Assembly: GCA_963707025.1 (NCBI GenBank)
Contig: CAVPOM010000012.1
Span: forward strand, 431,187-495,186
Length of the DNA stretch: 64,000 nt
From: an uncultured Verrucomicrobiae bacterium
GTDB taxonomy: Bacteria; Verrucomicrobiota; Verrucomicrobiia; Limisphaerales; Palsa-1400
Direction of reading: 5' to 3'
Part shown: positions 51,775 to 60,754 of the stretch, piece by piece
Position numbering within the stretch: the stretch's first letter is position 1
Layout: each line of letters starts with the position of its first letter
Position numbers and translations under genes: made by a program
Notes under the pieces: generated by a model
What the model was told of the DNA's origin: nothing
What the model saw: only the letters and a program-made list of their open reading frames with translations
Databases searched by the model: none

Positions 51775-54700
51775 GTCCCCTGGCCGAAACGGGGCTGGTT
51801 CCCGGCTCAGGCCGGCGGCCCCTCGCCTGGAGGCGCTCGCTCACCCCGGTCCTACTGAGCTCTCCTTCTCGCAGCAGCGGCTTTGGTTCCTGGATCAGAT
51901 GGAACCCGGCCGGACGACTTATACCATCCCGATGGCAATCGAACTGCGCGGGGCCTTGGACGTGCGGGTGCTGGAACGCGCGCTCGGGGCGCTGGTCAGC
52001 CGCCACGAATCGCTGCGCACGGTCTTTGTCGCCGAGGCGGGACGCCCGCTGCAAATCGTCTCGGCACCGGGCGTGTGGAAGCTGCCGGTGACGGACTTGG
52101 GCGGCGAGCCAAAGGCGCGCGAGCAATTGGATAAGTCGCTGCGGCAGGAAGTCTCGCAGGGCTTCGATCTGGCGCGTGGGCCGCTGTTTCGGGCCCGCCT
52201 CTACCGGCTGGCCGCCGGCCACTACGTGTTGTTGTTGGCCATGCATCACATCATTTCGGACGGGTGGTCCATGGGTATTCTCTTCCGGGAGCTGGGCGAA
52301 CTCTATGGATGCTTCTCCAGGGGTCTGGCGGCCACCCTCCCGCCCCTTGCTCTCCAGTATCGAGACTTCGCGCCTTGGCAGCGCCGTTTCCTGCAAGGGG
52401 ATGTGCTGGACAAGCTGCTGCGGCACTGGTGTTCGCGCCTGGCGGGAGCTCCCCAGGTGCTCGAGTTGCCCGCCGATCATCCGCGACCGGCCGTGGAAAG
52501 CAACCGTGGGGCCATGTATTCCTTCTCGCTGCCTCTGGAACTGGCCGAGTCTTTGCGCCAGTTCGCCCGGCGCGAATCGGCCACGCTGTTCATGACGTTG
52601 CTGGCCGCCTTCAACGTGCTGCTGGCGCGCTACTCTGGTCAAGAAGATATTCTTGTCGGTACCCACGTGGCCAACCGCAACCGGCTCGAGATCGAAGATG
52701 TCGTGGGCTGTTTCGTCAACACGCTGGTGTTGCGCGCTGATCTCTCGGGTGATCCCTCCGTCAGTCAGTTCCTGGGCCGGGTGCGCGAGGCTTGCCTGGA
52801 CGCCTTTGACCACCAGGACCTGCCCTTCGAGCGGCTGGTGGAGGAGCTGCGGCCCGCCCGCGACCTGAGCCGCAACCCGATCATCCAAGTGATGTTCGCG
52901 ATGGAGAATATGCCGCTGCGGCCGCTGGACCTGCCCGGGCTGACGCAAGCGCCGCTCGAAATTGATCCGGGAGTGGCGCGCACCGACCTCATGCTCCTGG
53001 TGCAAGAGACGAGCCAGGGGCTTGTCGGCCTCTTCGAGTATGCCACCGATTTGTTTGACGCGCCGGCCATTGTGCGCATGGCCACCCATTGGCGCGCGCT
53101 GCTCGAAGCGATGGTCGCTTCACCCATGGGCCGCTTGTCGGAACTGCCGCTGCTGACCGAACTTGAGCGCCAGCGATTGCTGGTGGAGTGGAACCGCACC
53201 GCCGCGGACTACCCGCGCGCTTCGTGTGTCCACGAACTGTTCGAAAGGCAAGCGCAACGGACCGCGCAGGCTGCGGCGGTTACGTTTGGAGACCAACACC
53301 TCAGCTATGGGCAATTAAACCGCCGGTCCAATCAAATCGCTCATCATTTGCGCAATTTGGGCATTGGTTCAGGTGCGCGCGTGGGTCTCTGCGTGGAACG
53401 GTCGTTGGAAATGCTGGTCGGCCTGTTGGGCATCCTCAAGGCTGGCGCCGCCTATGTGCCTCTCGATCCTTCGTTCCCCCCGGACCGCCTGCGCTTCATG
53501 GCGGATGACGCTCAATTCTCTTTGCTGGTGGCCACCACATTCCTGGCTGGTTCCTTCGGTCTGCCGCGCGAGCGTCAAGTGCTGCTCGATGCCGATGCCA
53601 AGACCCTCGCCGCGGCCCCGGATACCCCCCTTGCGATGGATGTCCATTCCGCGCGCCCCGAAAACCCGGCCTATGTCATCTACACTTCCGGTTCCACCGG
53701 CAAGCCCAAGGGTGTGGTCGTCCCGCACCGTGCGGTCGTCAATTTTCTCGCGAGCATGTCGCGTACGCCCGGACTGGCAGCTAGCGACGTGCTGGTCGCG
53801 GTCACCACCTTGTCCTTCGATATCGCTGTGCTCGAGCTGTTGCTGCCGCTGACGGTGGGCGCCCATGTCATGATTGCGGACCAGGATCAAACCATGGACG
53901 GTCATGCCCTCGGCTCCCTTCTGCATCGGGAAAAGGCCACCGTCATGCAGGCTACCCCGGTCACCTGGCGTTTGCTCTTGGAGGCCGGCTGGACTCCCGA
54001 GCGGGCCTTCAAAGCCCTGGTTGGAGGCGAAGCTCTGCCTAAATCCCTTGCCGATCAACTCATCGCGCGCGGTGTCGAATTGTGGAACATGTATGGCCCC
54101 ACCGAAACCACGGTCTGGTCCACCTGCGCCCGCATCACCGACACCTCCAACGGCATCACCATCGGCAAGCCTGTCGCCAACACCACCATCCGCATTCTGG
54201 ATGGGCGGAAGAACCTCTGCCCCATCGGCGTCCCCGGCGAACTGTGCATTGGCGGCGAAGGAGTCTGTCTCGGTTACTGGAATCGGACCCAACTGACTGC
54301 GGAGCGATTCATCCCGGACCCCTTGGGCACGACGCCGGGAGCCAGGCTTTACCGCACCGGCGACCGCGCGCGTTGGCGCGGTGACGGTACGCTCGAACAC
54401 CTGGGCCGGCTGGACTGCCAGGTCAAGCTGCGCGGTTTTCGCATCGAACCGGGGGAAATCGAATCCGCCATTGCACAGCATCCGGCGGTCCGCGAGGCCA
54501 CAGTTACCGCACGTGAGACCCGCCCTCAAGACAAGCGCCTCGTGGCCTATCTTGTCGCCCCAAATCCACCCGACGACTTGCCCGGCCAATTGCGCGCCCT
54601 GTTGCGCGCTGCCATGCCCGAATACATGGTTCCCGCCCACTTTGTCATGCTCGACGCTCTGCCACGCACTCCCAACGGCAAACTGGATCGCCAGTCGCTT

Positions 54701-55036
54701 CCGGCCCCAGGCCCGGGGGATGACTCAGCGCGCCGAGCGGCCGATTTACCGCCAACTTCCGCCGAACAGATGGTCATGGACGCATTCCGCGCCGCGCTGA
54801 ACCGGACGGATTTCGGCGTGTGCGACAGCTTTTTCGACCTCGGCGGCCATTCCCTCATGGCCGCCCGACTCATGTTCACGCTTCGCGCTGCCTCGGGCAT
54901 TGATTTGCCGCTGCGCCTGCTCTTCGAGCGCCCGACGGCGGCCGCGTTGGCCAAGGCAGTGGAGGAGTTGACCTGGCTGGAGAGGTCCAAGGTACCGAGC
55001 CACAGCGCCAGTGGCCGGGAAGAAATCGAGATGTGA
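51743..55036 (+). CDS. Single-module NRPS C-A(Gly-like)-PCP with C-terminal docking motif
   Basis: SFSQQRLWFL, HHIISDG, YTSGSTG, code DILQLGMVWK, PNGKLDR, GGHSL; ends REEIEM. Confidence 0.95.
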   Translation: MKTSELQSRVESPGRNGAGSRLRPAAPRLEALAHPGPTELSFSQQRLWFLDQMEPGRTTYTIPMAIELRGALDVRVLERALGALVSRHESLRTVFVAEAGRPLQIVSAPGVWKLPVTDLGGEPKAREQLDKSLRQEVSQGFDLARGPLFRARLYRLAAGHYVLLLAMHHIISDGWSMGILFRELGELYGCFSRGLAATLPPLALQYRDFAPWQRRFLQGDVLDKLLRHWCSRLAGAPQVLELPADHPRPAVESNRGAMYSFSLPLELAESLRQFARRESATLFMTLLAAFNVLLARYSGQEDILVGTHVANRNRLEIEDVVGCFVNTLVLRADLSGDPSVSQFLGRVREACLDAFDHQDLPFERLVEELRPARDLSRNPIIQVMFAMENMPLRPLDLPGLTQAPLEIDPGVARTDLMLLVQETSQGLVGLFEYATDLFDAPAIVRMATHWRALLEAMVASPMGRLSELPLLTELERQRLLVEWNRTAADYPRASCVHELFERQAQRTAQAAAVTFGDQHLSYGQLNRRSNQIAHHLRNLGIGSGARVGLCVERSLEMLVGLLGILKAGAAYVPLDPSFPPDRLRFMADDAQFSLLVATTFLAGSFGLPRERQVLLDADAKTLAAAPDTPLAMDVHSARPENPAYVIYTSGSTGKPKGVVVPHRAVVNFLASMSRTPGLAASDVLVAVTTLSFDIAVLELLLPLTVGAHVMIADQDQTMDGHALGSLLHREKATVMQATPVTWRLLLEAGWTPERAFKALVGGEALPKSLADQLIARGVELWNMYGPTETTVWSTCARITDTSNGITIGKPVANTTIRILDGRKNLCPIGVPGELCIGGEGVCLGYWNRTQLTAERFIPDPLGTTPGARLYRTGDRARWRGDGTLEHLGRLDCQVKLRGFRIEPGEIESAIAQHPAVREATVTARETRPQDKRLVAYLVAPNPPDDLPGQLRALLRAAMPEYMVPAHFVMLDALPRTPNGKLDRQSLPAPGPGDDSARRAADLPPTSAEQMVMDAFRAALNRTDFGVCDSFFDLGGHSLMAARLMFTLRAASGIDLPLRLLFERPTAAALAKAVEELTWLERSKVPSHSASGREEIEM

Positions 55037-55114
55037 GAATCCAATAACCATGTGTTCCAGGAGGATTAAACTGCCCAATAGTCTCTCATCACAATTTTAA
55101 TTCTGGAGGTTCAA

Positions 55115-56935
55115 ATGAATATCATCGGCATCAGTGGTGTGCATCAGAATATCGCCTTTAAGACCCGGCAGTTCCCGGGCTTATCCCACCGGCAGTACCG
55201 GATCAATCAGGGCTTCGACTCCGCCGCCGCCCTGGTCGATGCCAGCGGAGTTGTCGCGGCCGCCGCCGAAGAGCGGTTCACCCGCGATAAGGCCACGGGA
55301 GATTTTCCGGTGGGCGCCATTCGGTATTGTTTGCAGGCGGGCCAGATCAACATCAACCAGGTGGATTTCCTGGCTCATGGCTTCGCCTACCAACCGTTCC
55401 AATCCGCCTTCCAGGAGCCTGAGTACGCGCGCCGGCAATACCTGGAGTTGTACTCGCCCGAAGCCCAGAAGGGGCATCTGCACCATCATTTTCCGGGTCT
55501 GGACTGGGACAGTAAGTTCATGGCCGTGCCGCACCACTTGGCGCACGCGGCCAGCGCGTTCTACCCCAGCGGCTTTGAGGAGGCACTGGTCCTGGTGAGT
55601 GATGGCATGGGTGAAGTCCATAGTATGACGGTGGCCCTGGGACAGGGGACGGAATTAAGCATCTTGAAGCAGGTGCCTGCGTTCCATTCCCTGGGAATTT
55701 TATACGGCGTTTTCACGCTTTACCTGGGTTTCTTCATGAACATGGACGAATACAAGGTCATGGGTCTGGCCCCGTACGGCAATCCGCGCCCGTACTTTGA
55801 TAAGGTGATGGAGTTGGTCCATCTGAACAATGACGGGACCTACATCGTTCCCGCGTTTGGCCACAACAAAACACAAATTGAAAAGGAAACACACGCGGGA
55901 GTCCTCAGCTTGTTGACGGAACGCTTCGGCCCGCCGCGCGAGCCCGGGAGCCAGATTACCCAGAAACACAAAGATATCGCCGCGGCCCTCCAAGCCGTGC
56001 TCCAGAAGTGCCAACTGCACGTCGTGCGCCATTTCAAAGGCGAAACCGGCCAGCGCCACCTCTGCCTGGCCGGGGGCGTGGCCTTGAATTGCTCCATGAA
56101 CGGCGTCCTGCGCCGCAGTCGCTTGTTTGACAACATCTTTGTTCAACCTGCGGCGGGAGATGATGGCTGCGCCTTGGGTGCGGCCCTTTTCGCGCATAAG
56201 CGGCATGATCCCGGCTTCAAACCGCGCAAAATGACCGTGCCCTTGTGGGGACCGGAGTTTGGGGAGGACGAAATTGCCAGGGCGCTCGAAGACCAGGCGG
56301 ATTGCGTCTGGACAAAAGTGGACTTCTTCGACGAGCTGTGCCGGCAAATCGCCGAGCGCATCGCCTCCGGGGAGATCGTGGCCTGGTTCCAAGGGCGCAT
56401 GGAGTTCGGGCCTCGCGCGCTGGGCAGCCGGAGCATCCTGGCGGACCCGCGCGACCCCGGCATGAGAGATCGCGTCAACAGCCTGGTCAAGAAGAGAGAA
56501 GGCTTCCGCCCTTTTGCACCCGTCGTCACAATCGAGGCGGCCCGGCGGTATTTCGAGATCGCCCCGGGCGAGGAGGATTGTTTTGCTCACATGCTCTATG
56601 TGACGCAGGTCCTTCCCGCCTACCGGCAAAATCTCCCGGCCACCACGCACGTGGATGGGTCGGCCCGAGTGCAGACCGTCTCCGAGCAAGACAACCCACG
56701 GCTGTGGAAACTGTTGAAGGCGTTCGAACGAGTCACCGGCCTGCCCATCGTCCTCAACACTTCCTTTAATGTCAAAGGCGAGCCCATCGTCTGCACGCCC
56801 CGTGAAGCGATCAACACGTTTAGGAATGCCCGCTTGGACGCCCTGGTCCTGGGGGACTATTTGGTCGAACCTAAGCGTGCCGCTCAGGGCTGGCAGGACA
56901 GGGAAAGGCAGCCGGCCACGGCTTTAGCTGGGTGA
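55115..56935 (+). CDS. Carbamoyltransferase (NodU/CmcH/TobZ family)
   Basis: AAAEERFTR, HHLAHAASA, EYKVMGLAPYG, AGGVALN, EFGPRALG, FRPFAP, HVDGSAR, LNTSFN. Confidence 0.95.
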   Translation: MNIIGISGVHQNIAFKTRQFPGLSHRQYRINQGFDSAAALVDASGVVAAAAEERFTRDKATGDFPVGAIRYCLQAGQININQVDFLAHGFAYQPFQSAFQEPEYARRQYLELYSPEAQKGHLHHHFPGLDWDSKFMAVPHHLAHAASAFYPSGFEEALVLVSDGMGEVHSMTVALGQGTELSILKQVPAFHSLGILYGVFTLYLGFFMNMDEYKVMGLAPYGNPRPYFDKVMELVHLNNDGTYIVPAFGHNKTQIEKETHAGVLSLLTERFGPPREPGSQITQKHKDIAAALQAVLQKCQLHVVRHFKGETGQRHLCLAGGVALNCSMNGVLRRSRLFDNIFVQPAAGDDGCALGAALFAHKRHDPGFKPRKMTVPLWGPEFGEDEIARALEDQADCVWTKVDFFDELCRQIAERIASGEIVAWFQGRMEFGPRALGSRSILADPRDPGMRDRVNSLVKKREGFRPFAPVVTIEAARRYFEIAPGEEDCFAHMLYVTQVLPAYRQNLPATTHVDGSARVQTVSEQDNPRLWKLLKAFERVTGLPIVLNTSFNVKGEPIVCTPREAINTFRNARLDALVLGDYLVEPKRAAQGWQDRERQPATALAG

Positions 56936-56992
56936 TCCCGATTTTGCGCCGCTCGCTTGCCGCGGCGGCGCGCCCTGTTCATAAACACCGAG

Positions 56993-59900
56993 ATGATGGA
57001 GCCACGCATTATGAATGCAATTGAGCAGCCGACCGCCTATTGGCTGAGGCAGCTATCCGATCTGCCTCCCCCTCCCAATCTGCCTTCGGACAAAGAACGC
57101 CCACCGGTTTCTTCTTTCCTCCGGGAGACCGTCTCAACGAAGCTCGCCCAAGAAGTCTGGAATGGCGCCAAGGGCCTGGCGGCCCGCGCGGACACCACTC
57201 CTCATGTGGTGCTTCTGGCCGCGCTTAAGACCCTTTTGTTCCGCTATACCGGTCAATCGGACCTGCTCATCGGAACTGTTCTCAGCACAAACTCGGTGCC
57301 GGCGCATCATGAGACGGTGGCTTTGCGGACTCGATTGTTGAGCCACCGCACGGCCCTGGATTTGGTGCTGGAGGTCGCCACCTCCGTCCACGACGCCGCA
57401 GGGCACCTTCATCTGCCTTTTCGCCAAGTGCTCCAAATGTTGAAACATCAGCCGGGAGCGCACGAGGAAGGTCTGTTCAACGTTGCCCTTATCTTCGACG
57501 AGGCAAAGCCTGGTCTGGCCCGGCCCTCGCCCCCGGCTGAATCTGCTGCGGCTGAACACTTGATGACTTGCGCGCTGGTGCTGCGCGCCAAGGAGGCGGA
57601 TGAGGCCCTGGCTCTCGGTTGTGAGTATGATGCCGAACTCTTCGAATCCGCGACGGTAGAGAGGCTGGCTGGACATCTCGGCAACGTGCTGGCCGCGATG
57701 GCGGCCGAACCGCATACCACTCTCGACCGGCTGAATCTGCTCGGCGCGGCGGAGCGCCGGCAGTTGTTGGTGGAATGGAATGCGACCGGGACCGAACTTC
57801 CTAAAGCAACCTGTATCCATCAGCTCATCGAAGCCCAGGCGAGCAAGACTCCCCACGCCATAGCCGCTATCTGCCGGGCCCGTCAGCTTACTTATGCGCA
57901 ACTGAATGCGCGCGCGAACCAAGTTGCATCTTACCTTTCCAAACTCGGTGCAGGTCCGGACCTGCTGGTAGGCCTGTGCGCCGACCGCTCGTTGGAGATG
58001 CTGGTGGGCTTGTTGGGGATTCTCAAATCGGGAGGCGCTTATCTCCCTCTTGACCCCGCCTATCCCCCCGATCGCCTCGCCTTCATGATCGAGGATGCTC
58101 AAGTCAAAGTGCTGCTCACTCAGCAGCGCCAGATGGCCGCCTTGCCTCCCGGCCAAGCGGCACGGGTGTGCTTGGACGCGGACTGGCCTTTGATAGCAGC
58201 CGAACCCGCGCAGAATGTGGATCGGGGCGTGGCCTCCCATCATCTGGCCTATGTGATTTACACCTCCGGCTCGACCGGCCAGCCCAAAGGGGTGATGGTT
58301 GAACATGGCAACGTGCTCAACTTCTTTGCCGGCATGGACGCCCGCATTCCGCATGATCCGCACTCCACCTGCCTGGCGGTGACGAGCCCTTCCTTCGATA
58401 TTTCCGTGCTGGAGCTTTTTTGGACGCTGGCTCGAGGTTTCAAAGTCGTGCTCTATGCCGGTGATGAACCCAAGCGCCCTGCCCGCCCTCACGCCAGGGC
58501 GGCGGCGGCGCGCCCAATGCAATTCAGTCTTTTCTACTTTTCCTCCGATCAATGCGACGGCCCGGGCGGCGCTTACCGGCTGCTGACCGAGGGCGCACGC
58601 TTTGCCGACGCGCACGAGTTTGTCGCCGTCTGGACTCCAGAACGGCACTTTCACGAATTCGGCGGGTTGTATCCCAACCCCTCCGTCACCAGCGCGGCTC
58701 TGGCCATGATCACCCAGCGCGTCCAAATCCGCTCCGGCAGCGTGGTCGCTCCTCTGCATTCGCCCATTCGCATTGCCGAAGAATGGTCGGTCGTGGATAA
58801 CCTCTCCAACGGCAGGGTGGCCATTTCCTTCGCTTCCGGTTGGATGCCCGAAGACTTCACGGTCAGCCCCGCCAATTACGCCCGGCGCAAAGAGATTATG
58901 GTCCAGGATATTGATCTCGTCCGCCGACTCTGGCGCGGCGAACGGGTGCCCTTGCCCGGTCCGCTGGGCCAAGATGTGCCCATCAAGATCTTTCCCAGGC
59001 CGGTTCAGCGGGAATTGCCCTTGTGGTTGACAGCCGCGGGCAATCCCGAAACTTTCCAGATGGCGGGGCGCCTGGGCATGAATCTCCTCACCCACCTCCT
59101 GGGCCAAAGTATTGAAGAGGTCAGCCATAAAGTGGCCCTTTACCGCCAAGCCTGGAAGGAGGCCGGACATGCCGGGCGCGGCCACGTCACCTTGATGCTT
59201 CACACCTTCGTGGGCGAGAATCTGGAGATGGTCAAAGCGACCGTGCGAGAGCCTCTTACCGAATACCTTCGCAAATCCGCCGATTTGATCAAAAGCTACG
59301 CCTGGGCCTTCTCCGCCTTCAAGCATCATGCAGAATCCAAGGTAAAGGTGGATTTCAGCGCTTTGCCCAAGGATGAGATGGAGGCGATTCTGGCTCATGC
59401 CTTTGATCGCTATTTCGACACCAGCGGCTTGTTCGGCACACCCCAAAGCTGCCTGAACTTCATCGCTAATTTGAGCGCCAATGATATTGACGAAGTAGCT
59501 TGTCTGATCGATTTCGGAGTCAGTCCCGACCTGGTGCTGGATCACTTGAAGCACCTCGACGCCCTGCGTCTGGCCGTCAGCGAAGGAGCGGAGGATGAGC
59601 CGACGGATTACTCTATCCCGGCTTTGATTCAGCGCCATGATGTGACGCACCTGCAATGCACTCCCTCGCTCGCCGGCCTGTTGCTTCAGGACGAGCGAAC
59701 GCAGCGTGCCTTGGGCCGGCTGCGCGCCCTTTTGATCGGCGGCGAAGCGTTCCCCGTGGCCCTCGCCAAGCAACTCCAAACTTTGGTTCAGGGCGACATC
59801 CTTAATATGTACGGACCGACCGAGACCACGGTCTGGTCCAGCGCGTATCTGTTGCCGCCGGCGGCGCCCCGCCTTCCCGTCGGCCGCCCCATTGCCAATA

Positions 59901-60754
59901 CAGAAATCTACATTCTGGATCACAACCTGTTGCCGCTGCCCGTGGGCATCGCGGGTGAATTGATGATCGGGGGCGCGGGCGTGGCGCGCGGCTATCTCGG
60001 CCGGCCCGAACTGACCGCCCAACGTTTTATCCCCGATCCATTCCAAGGCCAGGGCGCCAAACGACTCTACCGGACCGGAGACCTCGCCCGTTTTCTTGCC
60101 AGCGGTGATATCGAGATCCTGGGACGCATGGATCATCAGGTCAAAATTCGCGGCCACCGGGTCGAACTGGGCGAGATCGAAGCGGTGCTCAGCGGCCATC
60201 CTACCGTGCGCGAAAGCGTGGTTGTGGCCAAAGCCGCCGCCGGCGGGGACAAGCGCTTGGTCGCCTACGTTATCTCGCGCGATGGACAAAATCCGACTCC
60301 GCTCCAATTGCGCAAATACCTCCAGCAAAAAGTGCCCGATCACATGGTGCCGGCACAAATCGTGTTCATGACGGCGTTTCCACAAACGCCCAACAAGAAA
60401 ATAGATCGTAACGCGTTGCCAGCCCCGGACCCAGACCCGGCCGAAAGCCAGAGTGACTTCGAGCCGCCTGCCACAGTCGTGGAGGAGACTTTGGCCGCCC
60501 TCTGGAGCCAGTTATTGAACGTTCCGCGAGTGGGCCGGCGCGACAACTTTTTCGAGCACGGTGGCCATTCCCTTTTGGCCATGCAACTGGTCAGCCAGGT
60601 CCGTCACCGTTTCGGCGTGGATCTGCCTCTGAAGAATTTGTTCGAGCGCCCGACCGTCTCCGGGCTGGCTGAGGCCATTGATGCCTTGTCCTGGTCGGCC
60701 CCTTCCAGCGCCCCAGTCCGCGCGCAGGGTGATCGAGAGGAGGTCGAGGTGTGA
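56993..60754 (+). CDS. Single-module NRPS: half C domain-A(Gly-like)[LLM insert]-PCP with C-terminal docking motif
   Basis: No HHxxxDG; YTSGSTG; LLM motifs WTPERHFH and EEWSVVDNLSNGR at about 58517..59580; code DILQLGMVWK; GGHSL; ends REEVEV. Start uncertain (56957-57011). Confidence 0.93.
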   Translation: MMEPRIMNAIEQPTAYWLRQLSDLPPPPNLPSDKERPPVSSFLRETVSTKLAQEVWNGAKGLAARADTTPHVVLLAALKTLLFRYTGQSDLLIGTVLSTNSVPAHHETVALRTRLLSHRTALDLVLEVATSVHDAAGHLHLPFRQVLQMLKHQPGAHEEGLFNVALIFDEAKPGLARPSPPAESAAAEHLMTCALVLRAKEADEALALGCEYDAELFESATVERLAGHLGNVLAAMAAEPHTTLDRLNLLGAAERRQLLVEWNATGTELPKATCIHQLIEAQASKTPHAIAAICRARQLTYAQLNARANQVASYLSKLGAGPDLLVGLCADRSLEMLVGLLGILKSGGAYLPLDPAYPPDRLAFMIEDAQVKVLLTQQRQMAALPPGQAARVCLDADWPLIAAEPAQNVDRGVASHHLAYVIYTSGSTGQPKGVMVEHGNVLNFFAGMDARIPHDPHSTCLAVTSPSFDISVLELFWTLARGFKVVLYAGDEPKRPARPHARAAAARPMQFSLFYFSSDQCDGPGGAYRLLTEGARFADAHEFVAVWTPERHFHEFGGLYPNPSVTSAALAMITQRVQIRSGSVVAPLHSPIRIAEEWSVVDNLSNGRVAISFASGWMPEDFTVSPANYARRKEIMVQDIDLVRRLWRGERVPLPGPLGQDVPIKIFPRPVQRELPLWLTAAGNPETFQMAGRLGMNLLTHLLGQSIEEVSHKVALYRQAWKEAGHAGRGHVTLMLHTFVGENLEMVKATVREPLTEYLRKSADLIKSYAWAFSAFKHHAESKVKVDFSALPKDEMEAILAHAFDRYFDTSGLFGTPQSCLNFIANLSANDIDEVACLIDFGVSPDLVLDHLKHLDALRLAVSEGAEDEPTDYSIPALIQRHDVTHLQCTPSLAGLLLQDERTQRALGRLRALLIGGEAFPVALAKQLQTLVQGDILNMYGPTETTVWSSAYLLPPAAPRLPVGRPIANTEIYILDHNLLPLPVGIAGELMIGGAGVARGYLGRPELTAQRFIPDPFQGQGAKRLYRTGDLARFLASGDIEILGRMDHQVKIRGHRVELGEIEAVLSGHPTVRESVVVAKAAAGGDKRLVAYVISRDGQNPTPLQLRKYLQQKVPDHMVPAQIVFMTAFPQTPNKKIDRNALPAPDPDPAESQSDFEPPATVVEETLAALWSQLLNVPRVGRRDNFFEHGGHSLLAMQLVSQVRHRFGVDLPLKNLFERPTVSGLAEAIDALSWSAPSSAPVRAQGDREEVEV

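Noticed and set aside
57134..60385. 1083-aa minus-strand ORF
   Set aside because: Antisense shadow of the LLM-NRPS caused by high-GC codon bias; no recognisable motifs.
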